From Acidimicrobiales bacterium (lineage in GTDB: Bacteria > Actinomycetota > Acidimicrobiia > Acidimicrobiales > Salinilacustritrichaceae), in NCBI GenBank assembly GCA_038255425.1, contig JBBSLH010000001.1, positions 7 to 64,006 on the forward strand: a stretch of 64,000 bases of DNA, read 5' to 3'. Below, piece after piece: positions 1-9,406 of this stretch (within the stretch, counting starts at the first letter, position 1; each line of letters opens with the position of its first letter). The notes beneath the pieces are model-generated. The model saw only the letters and a list, made by a program, of their open reading frames with translations, made no database searches and was not told where the DNA came from. A program made the position numbers and the translations under genes.

Positions 1-827
1 TCGACGTTGAGGCGGTCGTGGACGACCTCGGTGAGGGGAACGAGCTGCTGTTTGGGGTAGGGCCACTCGGCCAGGTCGGCCACAGTGCGCTTCTCGACCC
101 GCTCGGGCACGTCGGGGTACCGCGGGGTGACTTCAGCGATGAACTCGCCGTCGTACGAGACGTCGTAGAGCGACGGCACGTAGATGCCCTCGATCTGCGT
201 CAGCGCGCGGAGCACATTCTCGCGTGACCCGGGTGACTTGCCCTCGCGCTTCCACTCGGCGATGACGGTGGTCATCTCGCCGATGACCTCCTCACCGTCG
301 CCCAGCACCACGACGTCGACGAAGTCGGCGATGGGCTCGGGGTTGTAGGTGCAGTGCCCGCCGACGATGACGAGCGGGTCGTCGTCGGCGCGGTCGGCGG
401 TTCGGATCGGCACGCCGGCCAGGTCGATGCAGTTGAGGACGTTGGTGTAGACGAGTTCGGCCGCGAGGTTGAAGGCGATGACGTCGAAGCTCGCTGCAGG
501 CGCGTGGGTCTCGATCGAGAAGAACGGGATCTTCTCGCGGCGCATGACCGCCTCGAGGTCGGTCCAGACGGAGTAGCCGCGCTCGGCGAAGGCGTCGTCG
601 CGTTCGTTGAGGATCTCTCGCAGGATCTGGAGTCCCTGGTTGGGAAGCCCGATCTCGTAGGTGTCCGGATAGCAGAGCAGCCAGCCGACCTTGCCGGGGG
701 CGCGCTCGGAGGCGGGCGCTCCATCTTCGAGACCGATGTAGCGCGCCGGCTTCGCCACGGAAGCAAGATGTCGTTCGAGCGCCGGCCACACGTCGGTGGT
801 CGCGCCCGACGATGACGAGGAGGTCAT
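1..827 (-). CDS. TIGR03960-family B12-binding radical SAM protein, N-terminal part (runs off the window edge, so absent from the ORF track)
   Basis: Manual translation from ATG 827 (alternative GTG 833): MTSSSSSGATTDVWPALERHLASVAKPARYIGLE...LLCYPDTYEIGLPNQGLQIL...AFNLAAELVYTNVL...GGHCTYNPEPIADFVD...GDGEE. The KPARY, YPDxYEIG and NPEP motifs are typical of this family, which usually lies downstream of rodA. Confidence 0.88.
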   Translation of the reverse strand, partial: MTSSSSSGATTDVWPALERHLASVAKPARYIGLEDGAPASERAPGKVGWLLCYPDTYEIGLPNQGLQILREILNERDDAFAERGYSVWTDLEAVMRREKIPFFSIETHAPAASFDVIAFNLAAELVYTNVLNCIDLAGVPIRTADRADDDPLVIVGGHCTYNPEPIADFVDVVVLGDGEEVIGEMTTVIAEWKREGKSPGSRENVLRALTQIEGIYVPSLYDVSYDGEFIAEVTPRYPDVPERVEKRTVADLAEWPYPKQQLVPLTEVVHDRLNV

Positions 828-912
828 GGGCACGGTGGGCACAGGGTACCGGACACCCCCACCGATCCCTGAACGGGCGCTTCGGGTGGCGAAGACGTGG
901 AAGGGTGCTGGC

Positions 913-2967
913 GTGGACCTGCACCTGCTGGCGGACGGCGACCTCCATGTCGTGATCGACACGGCGACGACGATCCCGTCGATCGTGCACTGGGGGCCGG
1001 ACCCGGGGCCACTCGAGGCGCTGCCGAGCGTGCTCGACCAACCGCGGGCGCCGGCGACGCTCGACGTCGTGGCGCCGCTGACGTTGTTGCCCGGGGCGAA
1101 CGGATTCACCGGTTCTGCCGGGCTCGTGTGTCACCGGTCGACGGGACCCGTGTCCGTCCGTCCGTCGGAGACGACCTGGACCGGGAATTCGACCGACTTC
1201 TCGTTCGAGGCTCCAGACCCGCACAGCGGCGTCATGGTCTCCGGCTCGGTCCGCGTCGGCGCGGCGATCACCATCGACGTGTCCGTGACGAACACCGACG
1301 ACGTCCCGCTGTTCATCGACCGGCTCGCCCCGGTCCTCCCCCTCCCAGACGACGCGGACGAGCTCCTCCGACTCACCGGTCAGTGGTGCGCCGAGTTCCA
1401 GCCGCTGCGACTGTCGTGGCAGCTCGGGACGCATGTCATCGAAGCTCAGCGAGGGCGCACGTCGCACGACTCGGTACCGGTCGCGTTCGCAGGTCCCACA
1501 GGTTTCAGCGAACACCATGGCGACGTCCGCGGTGTCCACCTGGCGTGGAGTGGGAGCCACTCGATGCGCATCGACCGTCTTGCTGACGGACGACGACTCG
1601 TCCAGGCCGGTGAACTCCTCGCTCCCGGAGAGGTCGTTCTCGCCCCCGGCGAGCAGTACTGCGCTCCGACGATGCTGGCCGTCGCCGCCGTCGGACTCAC
1701 GGCATGCAGCCAGCGATTTCATCAGCACGTCCGTGCCAGCCAACCCGACCGGCCTCGTCCCGTCCTGCTCAACACGTGGGAGGCCGTCTACTTCGATCAC
1801 GACTTCGACCGCTTGTGCGCACTGGCCGATCGGGCAGCGCAGGTCGGCGTCGAGCGGTTCGTCCTCGACGATGGGTGGTTCGGTGGGCGACGTGACGACA
1901 CCGCCGGCCTCGGCGACTGGGTCGTCTCCGCCGACGCACACCCCGACGGGTTGGGCCCACTGATCGACCACGTGACCGGTCTCGACATGGAATTCGGGAT
2001 CTGGGTGGAACCGGAGATGGTCAATCCGGACTCCGACCTCTTCCGGTCGCATCCTGACTGGGTCCTCGGCGATCAGGACCTGACCGGGCGAAACCAGCTG
2101 GTCCTGGATCTGTCGATCGAGGGCTGCTGGATGCACCTCCACGACGCGCTGGACGCGCTGCTCCGCGAGCACGACATCTCGTTCGTGAAGTGGGACATGA
2201 ACCGCGATGTGGCGGCACCCGGCACGCACCACCACACGATCGCGCTGTACCGATTGCTGGACGCGCTCCAGCGCCGACATCCCGGCGTCGAGATCGAGTC
2301 GTGTGCGTCAGGAGGTGGACGGGCGGACGCCGGCATCCTCGAACGAACCCAGCGCATCTGGACGTCCGACTGCAACGACCCGCTGGAGCGACAGGCCATC
2401 CAGCGAGGCTTCTCGCACTTCCTGCCACCCGAGGTGATGGGCGCGCACATCGGCCCCCCGAGAGCACACACGACGGGTCGGACCCACCGTCTGGCGTTCC
2501 GAGCGGCGACGGCCCTGTTCGGTCACCTCGGGGTCGAGTGGAACCTGCTCGACGCGTCGGACCGAGACCGCGACAAGGTGGCGGCGTGGATCGCTCTCCA
2601 CAAAGAACTCCGTCCCCTGCTCCACGGTGGTGACGTCGTACGCCTCGACCCTCCTGACGACGCGTCGATGGCGCATGGCGTCGTGTCCACCGACCGGTCG
2701 TCGGCCGTCTTCAGCTTCGCGCAACTCGCCACGAGCCAGGCGCCTACTCCTCCGAGGCTCCGACTTCCCGGGCTCGACGAGCGTCGCGGCTACTCGGTCC
2801 AGCGGATCGCGATGCCGGGCGAAGTCCTCGGGCTCGCGCTCGAGCAACCGAAGTGGATCGACGACGGGGTCGTCGCGTCCGGTACGACACTGCAGACGGT
2901 CGGCCTCCAGATGCCTCGGCTGTTGCCCGAGAGCGCCTTGTTGGTGCGTCTGGACGCGGTCAGCTGA
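913..2967 (+). CDS. Alpha-galactosidase, glycoside hydrolase family 36 (melibiase type)
   Basis: Motifs LNTWEAVYFDHD, FVLDDGWFGGRRDDTAGLGDW, FGIWVEPEMVNPDS, FVKWDMNR, IESCASGGGR, WTSDCND. The start is moved from 796 to in-frame GTG 913 because 796 overlaps the divergent radical SAM gene. Confidence 0.93.
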   Translation: MDLHLLADGDLHVVIDTATTIPSIVHWGPDPGPLEALPSVLDQPRAPATLDVVAPLTLLPGANGFTGSAGLVCHRSTGPVSVRPSETTWTGNSTDFSFEAPDPHSGVMVSGSVRVGAAITIDVSVTNTDDVPLFIDRLAPVLPLPDDADELLRLTGQWCAEFQPLRLSWQLGTHVIEAQRGRTSHDSVPVAFAGPTGFSEHHGDVRGVHLAWSGSHSMRIDRLADGRRLVQAGELLAPGEVVLAPGEQYCAPTMLAVAAVGLTACSQRFHQHVRASQPDRPRPVLLNTWEAVYFDHDFDRLCALADRAAQVGVERFVLDDGWFGGRRDDTAGLGDWVVSADAHPDGLGPLIDHVTGLDMEFGIWVEPEMVNPDSDLFRSHPDWVLGDQDLTGRNQLVLDLSIEGCWMHLHDALDALLREHDISFVKWDMNRDVAAPGTHHHTIALYRLLDALQRRHPGVEIESCASGGGRADAGILERTQRIWTSDCNDPLERQAIQRGFSHFLPPEVMGAHIGPPRAHTTGRTHRLAFRAATALFGHLGVEWNLLDASDRDRDKVAAWIALHKELRPLLHGGDVVRLDPPDDASMAHGVVSTDRSSAVFSFAQLATSQAPTPPRLRLPGLDERRGYSVQRIAMPGEVLGLALEQPKWIDDGVVASGTTLQTVGLQMPRLLPESALLVRLDAVS

Positions 2968-4120
2968 AGCGGCGCATGTGCACGTTCTGCACCAGTCCGA
3001 GCCCAGCGAAGAGCGCGATCGTGCTCGACCCGCCATGACTCACGAGGGGTAACGGAATTCCCGTGATGGGCATGATTCCCATCGTCATCCCCGCGTTCTG
3101 GAACATCTGGAACACGATCATGGTGAGGACGCCGACGCACAGCAGGAGTCCCAACTGATCGCGCGAGAGCTGCGCGATGCGCCAGATCCGCCAGCACAGG
3201 ATCCCGAACAGCACGAGAAGCGTGGCGGCACCGATGAACCCGAGCTCCTCGCCGACCGCGGTGAAGATGAAGTCGGTGTGTTGCTCGGGAACGATGTCGA
3301 GCTGGGTCTGCGTGCCCTCGAAGATCCCCTTCCCCAACACGCCGCCAGAGCCGATGGCGATCTTCGACTGGTTGAGGTTGTACGCCTCCTCACGAAGACC
3401 CGCGCTCGGGTTGAGGAACACCGTGAGACGACTCTTCTGGTAGTCCTCGAGCAGCCCGCTGTTGAGCACGAGGACCAAGCCGGTGAGGCCGACGAGGGTG
3501 AGCGCAGCGATGTGTTTGGCGCGCACGCCCGAGACCAACAGCACGCCCATGGTGATGGCGACGATCACCATCGCAGTACCGGGGTCGGGCTGGAGCATGA
3601 TCAGCACCAGGGGAATTGCCGGCACGGCGAGCAGGAGCGCGAGGCGACGGAGGTCGATGTCGCCGCCGAACTGGGCGCCGAGCGAGGCGAGGACGAGGAT
3701 CACGGCGATCTTGGTCAGCTCGGACGGCTGGAGCTGGAACGTTCCGATGTTGAACCATGCCTGCGCGCCGTTGACCTCGGTGCCGAGCGGGGAGATCACG
3801 AGCACCAGCAGCGTGCACACACCGATGAAGCCGAACAGGGCCCACTCGCGGAAGCGTCGGTAGTCGATCATGGAGACCATCGCCATCGCCGAGCCGCCGG
3901 TGAGCAGGAACACGAGGTGGCGCTGGAGCGTGGCCGTGTTGACGTTGTCCGGGTCGCTGCCACGCGTGGCCGAGAACACCATCAGGGTGCCGATGATCGA
4001 GATGGCGACGACGGTCACCAGCAGGATGAGATCCACGTGACGCCACGCCGCGGCAGGGTTGCGGCGCATCGAGGCGTGCGACCGGGTGGTGCCGGGCCAG
4101 CGTCCGGCGAATGCATCCAT
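2960..4120 (-). CDS. rodA: Rod shape-determining SEDS peptidoglycan glycosyltransferase RodA
   Basis: Multi-TM protein with LQPSE, QPDPGT, IAIGSGG, PEQHTDFIF, GEELGF and GIPLPLVSHGGSS motifs, directly downstream of PBP2. Confidence 0.95.
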   Translation of the reverse strand: MDAFAGRWPGTTRSHASMRRNPAAAWRHVDLILLVTVVAISIIGTLMVFSATRGSDPDNVNTATLQRHLVFLLTGGSAMAMVSMIDYRRFREWALFGFIGVCTLLVLVISPLGTEVNGAQAWFNIGTFQLQPSELTKIAVILVLASLGAQFGGDIDLRRLALLLAVPAIPLVLIMLQPDPGTAMVIVAITMGVLLVSGVRAKHIAALTLVGLTGLVLVLNSGLLEDYQKSRLTVFLNPSAGLREEAYNLNQSKIAIGSGGVLGKGIFEGTQTQLDIVPEQHTDFIFTAVGEELGFIGAATLLVLFGILCWRIWRIAQLSRDQLGLLLCVGVLTMIVFQMFQNAGMTMGIMPITGIPLPLVSHGGSSTIALFAGLGLVQNVHMRRFS

Positions 4121-6150
4121 CAGTCGGAACTCCCGACGCGAGCGAGGTCTTCTTGGGTCGGTTGGTCGTCGACGATCTCGGGATAGACCAACTCTCCTCC
4201 GGGCTGGAGTTCGGGGGGCGGAGTCACGCCGGCGAACACGTCGAACAACTTCCGGGCCACGGGCGCGGCGGCGGTGCCACCGAAGCCGGACTCCTCGAGG
4301 ATCACGGCGACCTGGTACTCGGGTGCCTGGGCCGGCCCGAACGCAGCGAACACCGCCGTGTCGGCTTTCCCGTTGACCTGCGCCGTGCCTGTCTTGCCGG
4401 CGACCGGGAAGTCGTTCAGCGGGAAGCCCGCGAAGATGCTCGTCGCAGTGCCGCCGTTGCCCGATGTCACACCGATGAGCCCTTGCAGCAGCGCGTCCCG
4501 GAACTCCGGCGGAAGGTCGATCGAACCGTTGATGCGGGGCTCGAACGTCCGCTTGACCGTGTTCTCGCTCTGCGCTCGCGTGATCTTGGTCGCAATGTTC
4601 GGGGCGTAGCGCGTGCCGCCGTTGGCGAAGGTCGCATACGCGTTGGCCAGCTGCAGCGGTGTGACCGCGACATCACCCTGCCCGATGGCCATGTTGACGT
4701 TGTCGCCGGTGAACCAGTTGCGCTCGAGGAAGGCCCCTGGGTTCGCGTCGTACTGGACCTTGCGTTGTTCGGGCGTCGGGATCCGGCCGTCCTGCTCGAA
4801 CGGGAGCGGGATACCGGTCTCCTGGTCGAAACCGAAGAGCCGCGACGTCTCCTGGAACGCCTCGTCCCCGAGGCGTCCCCGAGCGTTCCAGAAGTCCTCG
4901 CCGACGGAGTAGAAGTACGCGTCGGACGACACCGTGACCGCTCGCTGCAGATCAACCGTTCCGTAGGCCTTCGAACCAGCGTTCTTGAACGTGCACTGGC
5001 CCTCGCAGTTCTCGAGTGTGTGTGAGCCCGTGTCGAAGTACGGCGTCGTTGCTTCGCGGAGGCCACTCGAAAGCGCGGCGTAGCCCGAGATCAGCTTGAA
5101 CGTGGAGCCGGGTGCGTACTGGCCCTGGATGGCCCGATTCGTGAGTGGATCGTGGGTGGCCTCGTCGGTCAGATAGGCGTAACGCGACGACGAGATGCCG
5201 TTGACGAAGTCCTCGGGATCGAACGTCGGATAGCTGGCCATGGCGAGCACCGAGCCGTCGCGTGGGTCGGTGACGACGACCGATCCGCCAGGCGCCTCGT
5301 TCTTCAGGTTGTCGCCGCTCGGCCGTCGGTTCCGGGCGCCGTCGAGCGCTTCCTTCAGAAGATCCTCGGCGACCGACTGGGTGGTGATGTCGATGGTGAG
5401 CCACAGGTCGTCGCCGGGGATCGGTGGTCGGGACAGGTCTTCGAGGACCCGCACCGGCCGGCCCTGTGCATCGACCTCGTACACGGTCTGCCCGGGCGTG
5501 CCACGGAGGTCATCCTCATAGATGCGTTCGACGCCGGTCTTGCCGATCTGGTTGCCCCGCTCGTAGGTCTTGGGCTTGTCGACCCGGTCCTCGAGTTCGA
5601 TGTCGCCGATCTCGCCGACGTAGCCGATGACGTGCGCGGCGCGCGTGCCGAACGTGTACCGACGCACCGCCGTCCGCTCGACTGCCACGGAAGGGAACAG
5701 GTCATTGTGTTCCTCGACGTAGATCTTGAGCTCCTCCGTCACGTCCTCGGCCACAGGAACGGGCGCGTACTGCGAGTAGCGCTGGTCGTTGACCCGGTCG
5801 ACCAGGTCGTCGACGATGACTGGCGAGCCGTACCGCGTCATCTCCGCGGCCAGGCGGTTGAGCATGTCTGCGGCCTCGTCGTCATCGAGTTCGTTGAAGA
5901 GCACACGATCGACCGTCACGACGGTGGAGACGCGGTTGTCGACCAGCACCTTGCCGTTGCGGTCGAGGATCCGGCCACGCGGTGCCTCGACCTGGATGGG
6001 GCGGATACGGTTGGCCTCTGCTGCCTCGAGCAAGGGCTCTGACGACAGGATCTGCAGGTACCAGAGCCGAGCGAACAGCGCGGCGAACAGCGCGAGGACG
6101 ACGACCGCGAGGACTGCGAGGCGGTAGCGGGGAGACTCGGCGTTGGTCAT
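4120..6150 (-). CDS. mrdA: Penicillin-binding protein 2 (class B transpeptidase)
   Basis: N-terminal TM, APRGRILDRNG, SxxK (PGSTFK), SxD (SSDAYF) and KTG (GKTGTAQ) motifs. Lies between mreD and rodA. Confidence 0.95.
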   Translation of the reverse strand: MTNAESPRYRLAVLAVVVLALFAALFARLWYLQILSSEPLLEAAEANRIRPIQVEAPRGRILDRNGKVLVDNRVSTVVTVDRVLFNELDDDEAADMLNRLAAEMTRYGSPVIVDDLVDRVNDQRYSQYAPVPVAEDVTEELKIYVEEHNDLFPSVAVERTAVRRYTFGTRAAHVIGYVGEIGDIELEDRVDKPKTYERGNQIGKTGVERIYEDDLRGTPGQTVYEVDAQGRPVRVLEDLSRPPIPGDDLWLTIDITTQSVAEDLLKEALDGARNRRPSGDNLKNEAPGGSVVVTDPRDGSVLAMASYPTFDPEDFVNGISSSRYAYLTDEATHDPLTNRAIQGQYAPGSTFKLISGYAALSSGLREATTPYFDTGSHTLENCEGQCTFKNAGSKAYGTVDLQRAVTVSSDAYFYSVGEDFWNARGRLGDEAFQETSRLFGFDQETGIPLPFEQDGRIPTPEQRKVQYDANPGAFLERNWFTGDNVNMAIGQGDVAVTPLQLANAYATFANGGTRYAPNIATKITRAQSENTVKRTFEPRINGSIDLPPEFRDALLQGLIGVTSGNGGTATSIFAGFPLNDFPVAGKTGTAQVNGKADTAVFAAFGPAQAPEYQVAVILEESGFGGTAAAPVARKLFDVFAGVTPPPELQPGGELVYPEIVDDQPTQEDLARVGSSD

Positions 6151-6163
6151 CGGTCGGAGCGGT

Positions 6164-6682
6164 TCATCGGAAGCCTCGGACGGGTTGCCGCATCAGGTGA
6201 TCGGGGGCCGCCTTCTCGACCCAGCGCATCACATACAGCGCGGGAAACGCGAGCAGGGCATTCATGACCGAGGTGACGAGCACGATGCGGGGCAGGTTGG
6301 CGACGCGAAACTGCTGTCCCACGAGTTGCCCGAGGACCACGTAGAACACGATCGCGACGATCGACGCGACGAAGGTGACGACGATCGGGATCCAGGGTGC
6401 GGACCGGAGCACGCCGTCGTGCACGGTGCCCACGACGTAGCCGACCCCGAGGTAGGCGAGCGCGGTGAGCCCGAACGGCCCGAGGAGCACGAAGTCGAGG
6501 GCGAGGCCGGCGATGAAGCCGACCATGGCTCCGCGGACGGGACCGGCGGCCATTCCACCGGCGATCGCGACGAGCAACAGCAGATCGCCGGGGACCTCGA
6601 AGGGGCGGAGGTCAGCGAGCCACGTGGTCTGCACGGTGAGGGCGAGGACCAGGACGAGCGAGAGCCGGGCGGAGCGGAGCAC
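6164..6682 (-). CDS. mreD: Rod shape-determining protein MreD
   Basis: 172-aa hydrophobic protein with DLLLLVAI and GFIAGLALD, located between mreC and mrdA. Confidence 0.9.
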   Translation of the reverse strand: MLRSARLSLVLVLALTVQTTWLADLRPFEVPGDLLLLVAIAGGMAAGPVRGAMVGFIAGLALDFVLLGPFGLTALAYLGVGYVVGTVHDGVLRSAPWIPIVVTFVASIVAIVFYVVLGQLVGQQFRVANLPRIVLVTSVMNALLAFPALYVMRWVEKAAPDHLMRQPVRGFR

Positions 6683-6683
6683 G

Positions 6684-7526
6684 TCAGCTCACCGGCGAGG
6701 TGAGGAGGACGTTCACGAACGAGAGCTCATCGAGATCGGCGAGCGGCTGGGCGAAGATCTCCAACGTCAGCCCGCCGTTCGCCTCGCCGGTTCGGGACAC
6801 ACGCCCGACCGGGATCGATGCGGGGAACGAGGACCGGTCGTCGATCCCCGACGTGGTGAGGATCTCACGCTCGGGGATGTCGGCGTCGTCCTCGTCGGGC
6901 TCGATGCCGGTGTCGATCCGGAGATGGCGTGACGCACCCTGGCCGGTCGCGGTGCCGAACCGCTGACTCGAAGCGAGCCGCACCCCCACCCGGAACTCCG
7001 GGTCGGTCAGCAACTGGATCGACGATCGGTCGGACGAGACGTCGACGACCTGTCCGACCAGTCCGGCGCCGGTGACGACCGGCATGCCGACGCGGACACC
7101 GACCGACGACCCCTTGTCGATCACGACGATGTGCGAGAACGCGCTCGCCGGCTGTTGGATCACACGCGCCGTCGCGGTCGAGATCGAGCCGACCCAGGGG
7201 ATGTCGACGGTCTCGAGGAGTTGTTCGTACTGGACCGAGATGTCCTCGTTCTGGGCGATCTGCCCTTCGAGTTCGTCGACCCGCGCCTGCAGCGTCTCGT
7301 TCTCGTCCGACACGTCGTTGTAGTGGGTGATGCCGTTCCATGCGTTCTGGAAGGGTGTCGCCACGAAGTCGGCCGCACCCTGCACGGGGCTCAGGGCAGA
7401 TCCGACGGTGTGGCGCGCGTCCTGGACGACACCGACGTCACGGAAGTCGAGGGTGAGCACCGTGATCGAGAAGAGCACCAACACCACGATGGTGAAGCGG
7501 GATCGACCGCGGCGGGGCGAGGTCAT
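6684..7526 (-). CDS. mreC: Rod shape-determining protein MreC
   Basis: N-terminal TM, coiled coil (ENETLQARVDEL), IDKGSSVGV..GMPVV..GLVGQV, FPASIPVG. Start is ATG 7526 or GTG 7532. Confidence 0.93.
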   Translation of the reverse strand: MTSPRRGRSRFTIVVLVLFSITVLTLDFRDVGVVQDARHTVGSALSPVQGAADFVATPFQNAWNGITHYNDVSDENETLQARVDELEGQIAQNEDISVQYEQLLETVDIPWVGSISTATARVIQQPASAFSHIVVIDKGSSVGVRVGMPVVTGAGLVGQVVDVSSDRSSIQLLTDPEFRVGVRLASSQRFGTATGQGASRHLRIDTGIEPDEDDADIPEREILTTSGIDDRSSFPASIPVGRVSRTGEANGGLTLEIFAQPLADLDELSFVNVLLTSPVS

Positions 7527-7549
7527 GGCCACAGGGACACCACCACGGG

Positions 7550-8590
7550 CTAGTGCTCAGGTGGGTGGTTGAAGAGGACGTCCTTGAGGGCGTCGAACTC
7601 CTCGAGCGCCATGCCTGATCCGAGTGCCACCGCGTGGAGCGGGTCGTGGGCAATGACGATCGGCATGCCGGTCTCGTGTTCGAGTCGGGCGTCGAGCCCG
7701 TGGAGGTAGGCGCCTCCGCCTGCGAGGACGATGCCTTTCTCCATGATGTCGGCGGCCAGTTCCGGTGGCGTCTTGTCCAAGGTCACCTTGACCGCGTCGA
7801 CGATGGCCGAGACCGGCTCCTCGATCGCCTCTCGGATCTCCTCGGTGGAGACCACGATGGTCTTGGGGAGGCCGGTGATGAGGTCTCGCCCGCGCACCTC
7901 GGCGTGGATCTCTTCCTCGAGCGGCCATGCCGAGCCCAGCGCCATCTTGATCTCTTCGGAGGTCCGCTCGCCCAGGGCGAGCGAGTATTCCTTCTTGATG
8001 TACTGGATGATGGCGTCGTCGAGTTCGTCGCCGGCGACACGCACCGACTGGCTGGCCACGATGCCGCCGAGCGAGATGACCGCGACCTCGGTCGTGCCAC
8101 CACCGATGTCGACGATCATGTTGCCGGTCGGTTCCTGGACCGGGAGGCCCGCACCGATGGCAGCCGCCATGGGCTCTTCGATGATGTGGGCGGGCTTGCG
8201 AGCGCCGGCGAACTCTGCCGCTTCGAGCACCGCCCGCTGCTCGACGCCCGTGATGCCGGACGGTACGCAGATCACCATGCGCGGCTTGGCCCAGCGGCGG
8301 TTGTGCACCTTCTGGATGAAGTACCGGAGCATCTTCTCGCAGATCTCGAAATCGGAGATCACGCCGTCCTTGAGCGGACGGATGGCCTGGATGTGGCTCG
8401 GCGTCCGGCCGATCATCCGCTTGGCCTCGGTGCCGACGGCCAAGGGGCGTCCGTCCCGCACGTTGACCGCGACGACAGACGGCTCGTTGAGCACGATGCC
8501 GCGCCCGCGCACGTAGACCACCGTGTTGGCGGTGCCCAGGTCGACCGCCATGTCGCGGCCCATGAGTGAGGTGAAGACGTTCTCGGACAT
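7550..8590 (-). CDS. mreB: Actin-like rod shape-determining protein MreB
   Basis: [52 protein letters not shown] and TPPELAADI motifs. Confidence 0.97.
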   Translation of the reverse strand: MSENVFTSLMGRDMAVDLGTANTVVYVRGRGIVLNEPSVVAVNVRDGRPLAVGTEAKRMIGRTPSHIQAIRPLKDGVISDFEICEKMLRYFIQKVHNRRWAKPRMVICVPSGITGVEQRAVLEAAEFAGARKPAHIIEEPMAAAIGAGLPVQEPTGNMIVDIGGGTTEVAVISLGGIVASQSVRVAGDELDDAIIQYIKKEYSLALGERTSEEIKMALGSAWPLEEEIHAEVRGRDLITGLPKTIVVSTEEIREAIEEPVSAIVDAVKVTLDKTPPELAADIMEKGIVLAGGGAYLHGLDARLEHETGMPIVIAHDPLHAVALGSGMALEEFDALKDVLFNHPPEH

Positions 8591-8711
8591 GGGTGAATCA
8601 CCGATCGGGTGCGGGGAATCGGGAGGCCGGTTCCGCCCGGAGGTTACCGGTTGGGCCAGGAAGCCGCCCGGTCAGCGCGAGATGGCGAGGTGCCCGCTCG
8701 CAGATGTCACC

Positions 8712-8739
8712 ATCGTAACGGTCTGTCACGAAACTGCAA
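8712..8739 (-). promoter_or_regulatory. Putative sigma-A-type promoter of the mreBCD-mrdA-rodA operon
   Basis: Minus strand reads TTGCAG (8739-8734), 16 nt, TACGAT (8717-8712), about 120 nt upstream of the mreB ATG. Confidence 0.45.
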
Positions 8740-8758
8740 CATCGCGACATCCCACACC

Positions 8759-8832
8759 CCCACCCCCATCGTTCTGGTCACCACATCGGCAGTTCAGACA
8801 GCCGATCTGGTGACCAGAAGATCTTGGGTGGG
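8759..8832. repeat. Long imperfect inverted repeat (REP-like element or terminator) between ndk and mreB
   Basis: TTCTGGTCACCA-C-ATCGGC (8772-8790) pairs with GCCGAT-C-TGGTGACCAGAA (8801-8819). Outer arms CCCACCC/GGGTGGG extend it. Confidence 0.7.
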
Positions 8833-8985
8833 CCAGACACGGCGGTTCTGGAACGCCATCAAGGAAAGGGCCGAGGGAGCGTTCCGAGGGAGGCGCCAGC
8901 CGACTGGTAGTGGGACCGTGACCAACAGCTCCGTGCAACGTGGGCCTGCTCGCAGCGAGGGACGAGCGAGAACAGGTCAGTGAGG

Positions 8986-9396
8986 TCAGTGGGTCGGGAA
9001 CCAGAGGTTGATCTCGCGGATGGCGGACTCGTGGGCGTCGGAGCCGTGGACGAGGTTCTCGTTGGTGGTGGTGGCGAAGTCGCCACGGATCGAACCGGGC
9101 TGGGCGTCGTCGACGCTGGTCTTGCCGATGAGGGTGCGGCAGATCGAGAAGGTGTTGTCGTCGGGACCTTCGACGATCATCGCCACGACCGGGCTGCGGG
9201 TCAGGAAGTCGACGAGCTCGCCGTAGAAGGGGCGTTCCTTGTGCTCCTCGTAGTGCGCCTCGGCAAGGGCACGGTCGGCGGTGCGGAGCTCGGCGGCGAC
9301 GAGGGTCAGGCCCTTGCGCTCGATCCGGCTGATGATCTCGCCGACGAGGCCGCGTTCGACGGCGTCGGGCTTGCACATGACGAAGGTTCTGTTCAC
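8986..9396 (-). CDS. ndk: Nucleoside diphosphate kinase
   Basis: [39 protein letters not shown] and the NLVHGSD catalytic His motif. Start set at GTG 9396. Confidence 0.96.
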   Translation of the reverse strand: MNRTFVMCKPDAVERGLVGEIISRIERKGLTLVAAELRTADRALAEAHYEEHKERPFYGELVDFLTRSPVVAMIVEGPDDNTFSICRTLIGKTSVDDAQPGSIRGDFATTTNENLVHGSDAHESAIREINLWFPTH

Positions 9397-9406
9397 GGAA
9401 GCGAGG

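Noticed and set aside
292-2280. 662-aa minus-strand ORF, and similar long ORFs such as 25760-29218, 22892-25222, 29738-32182 and 61137-63110
   Set aside because: These are antisense shadows of real genes, expected from high-GC codon bias. They have no recognisable motifs and fully overlap well-supported CDSs.
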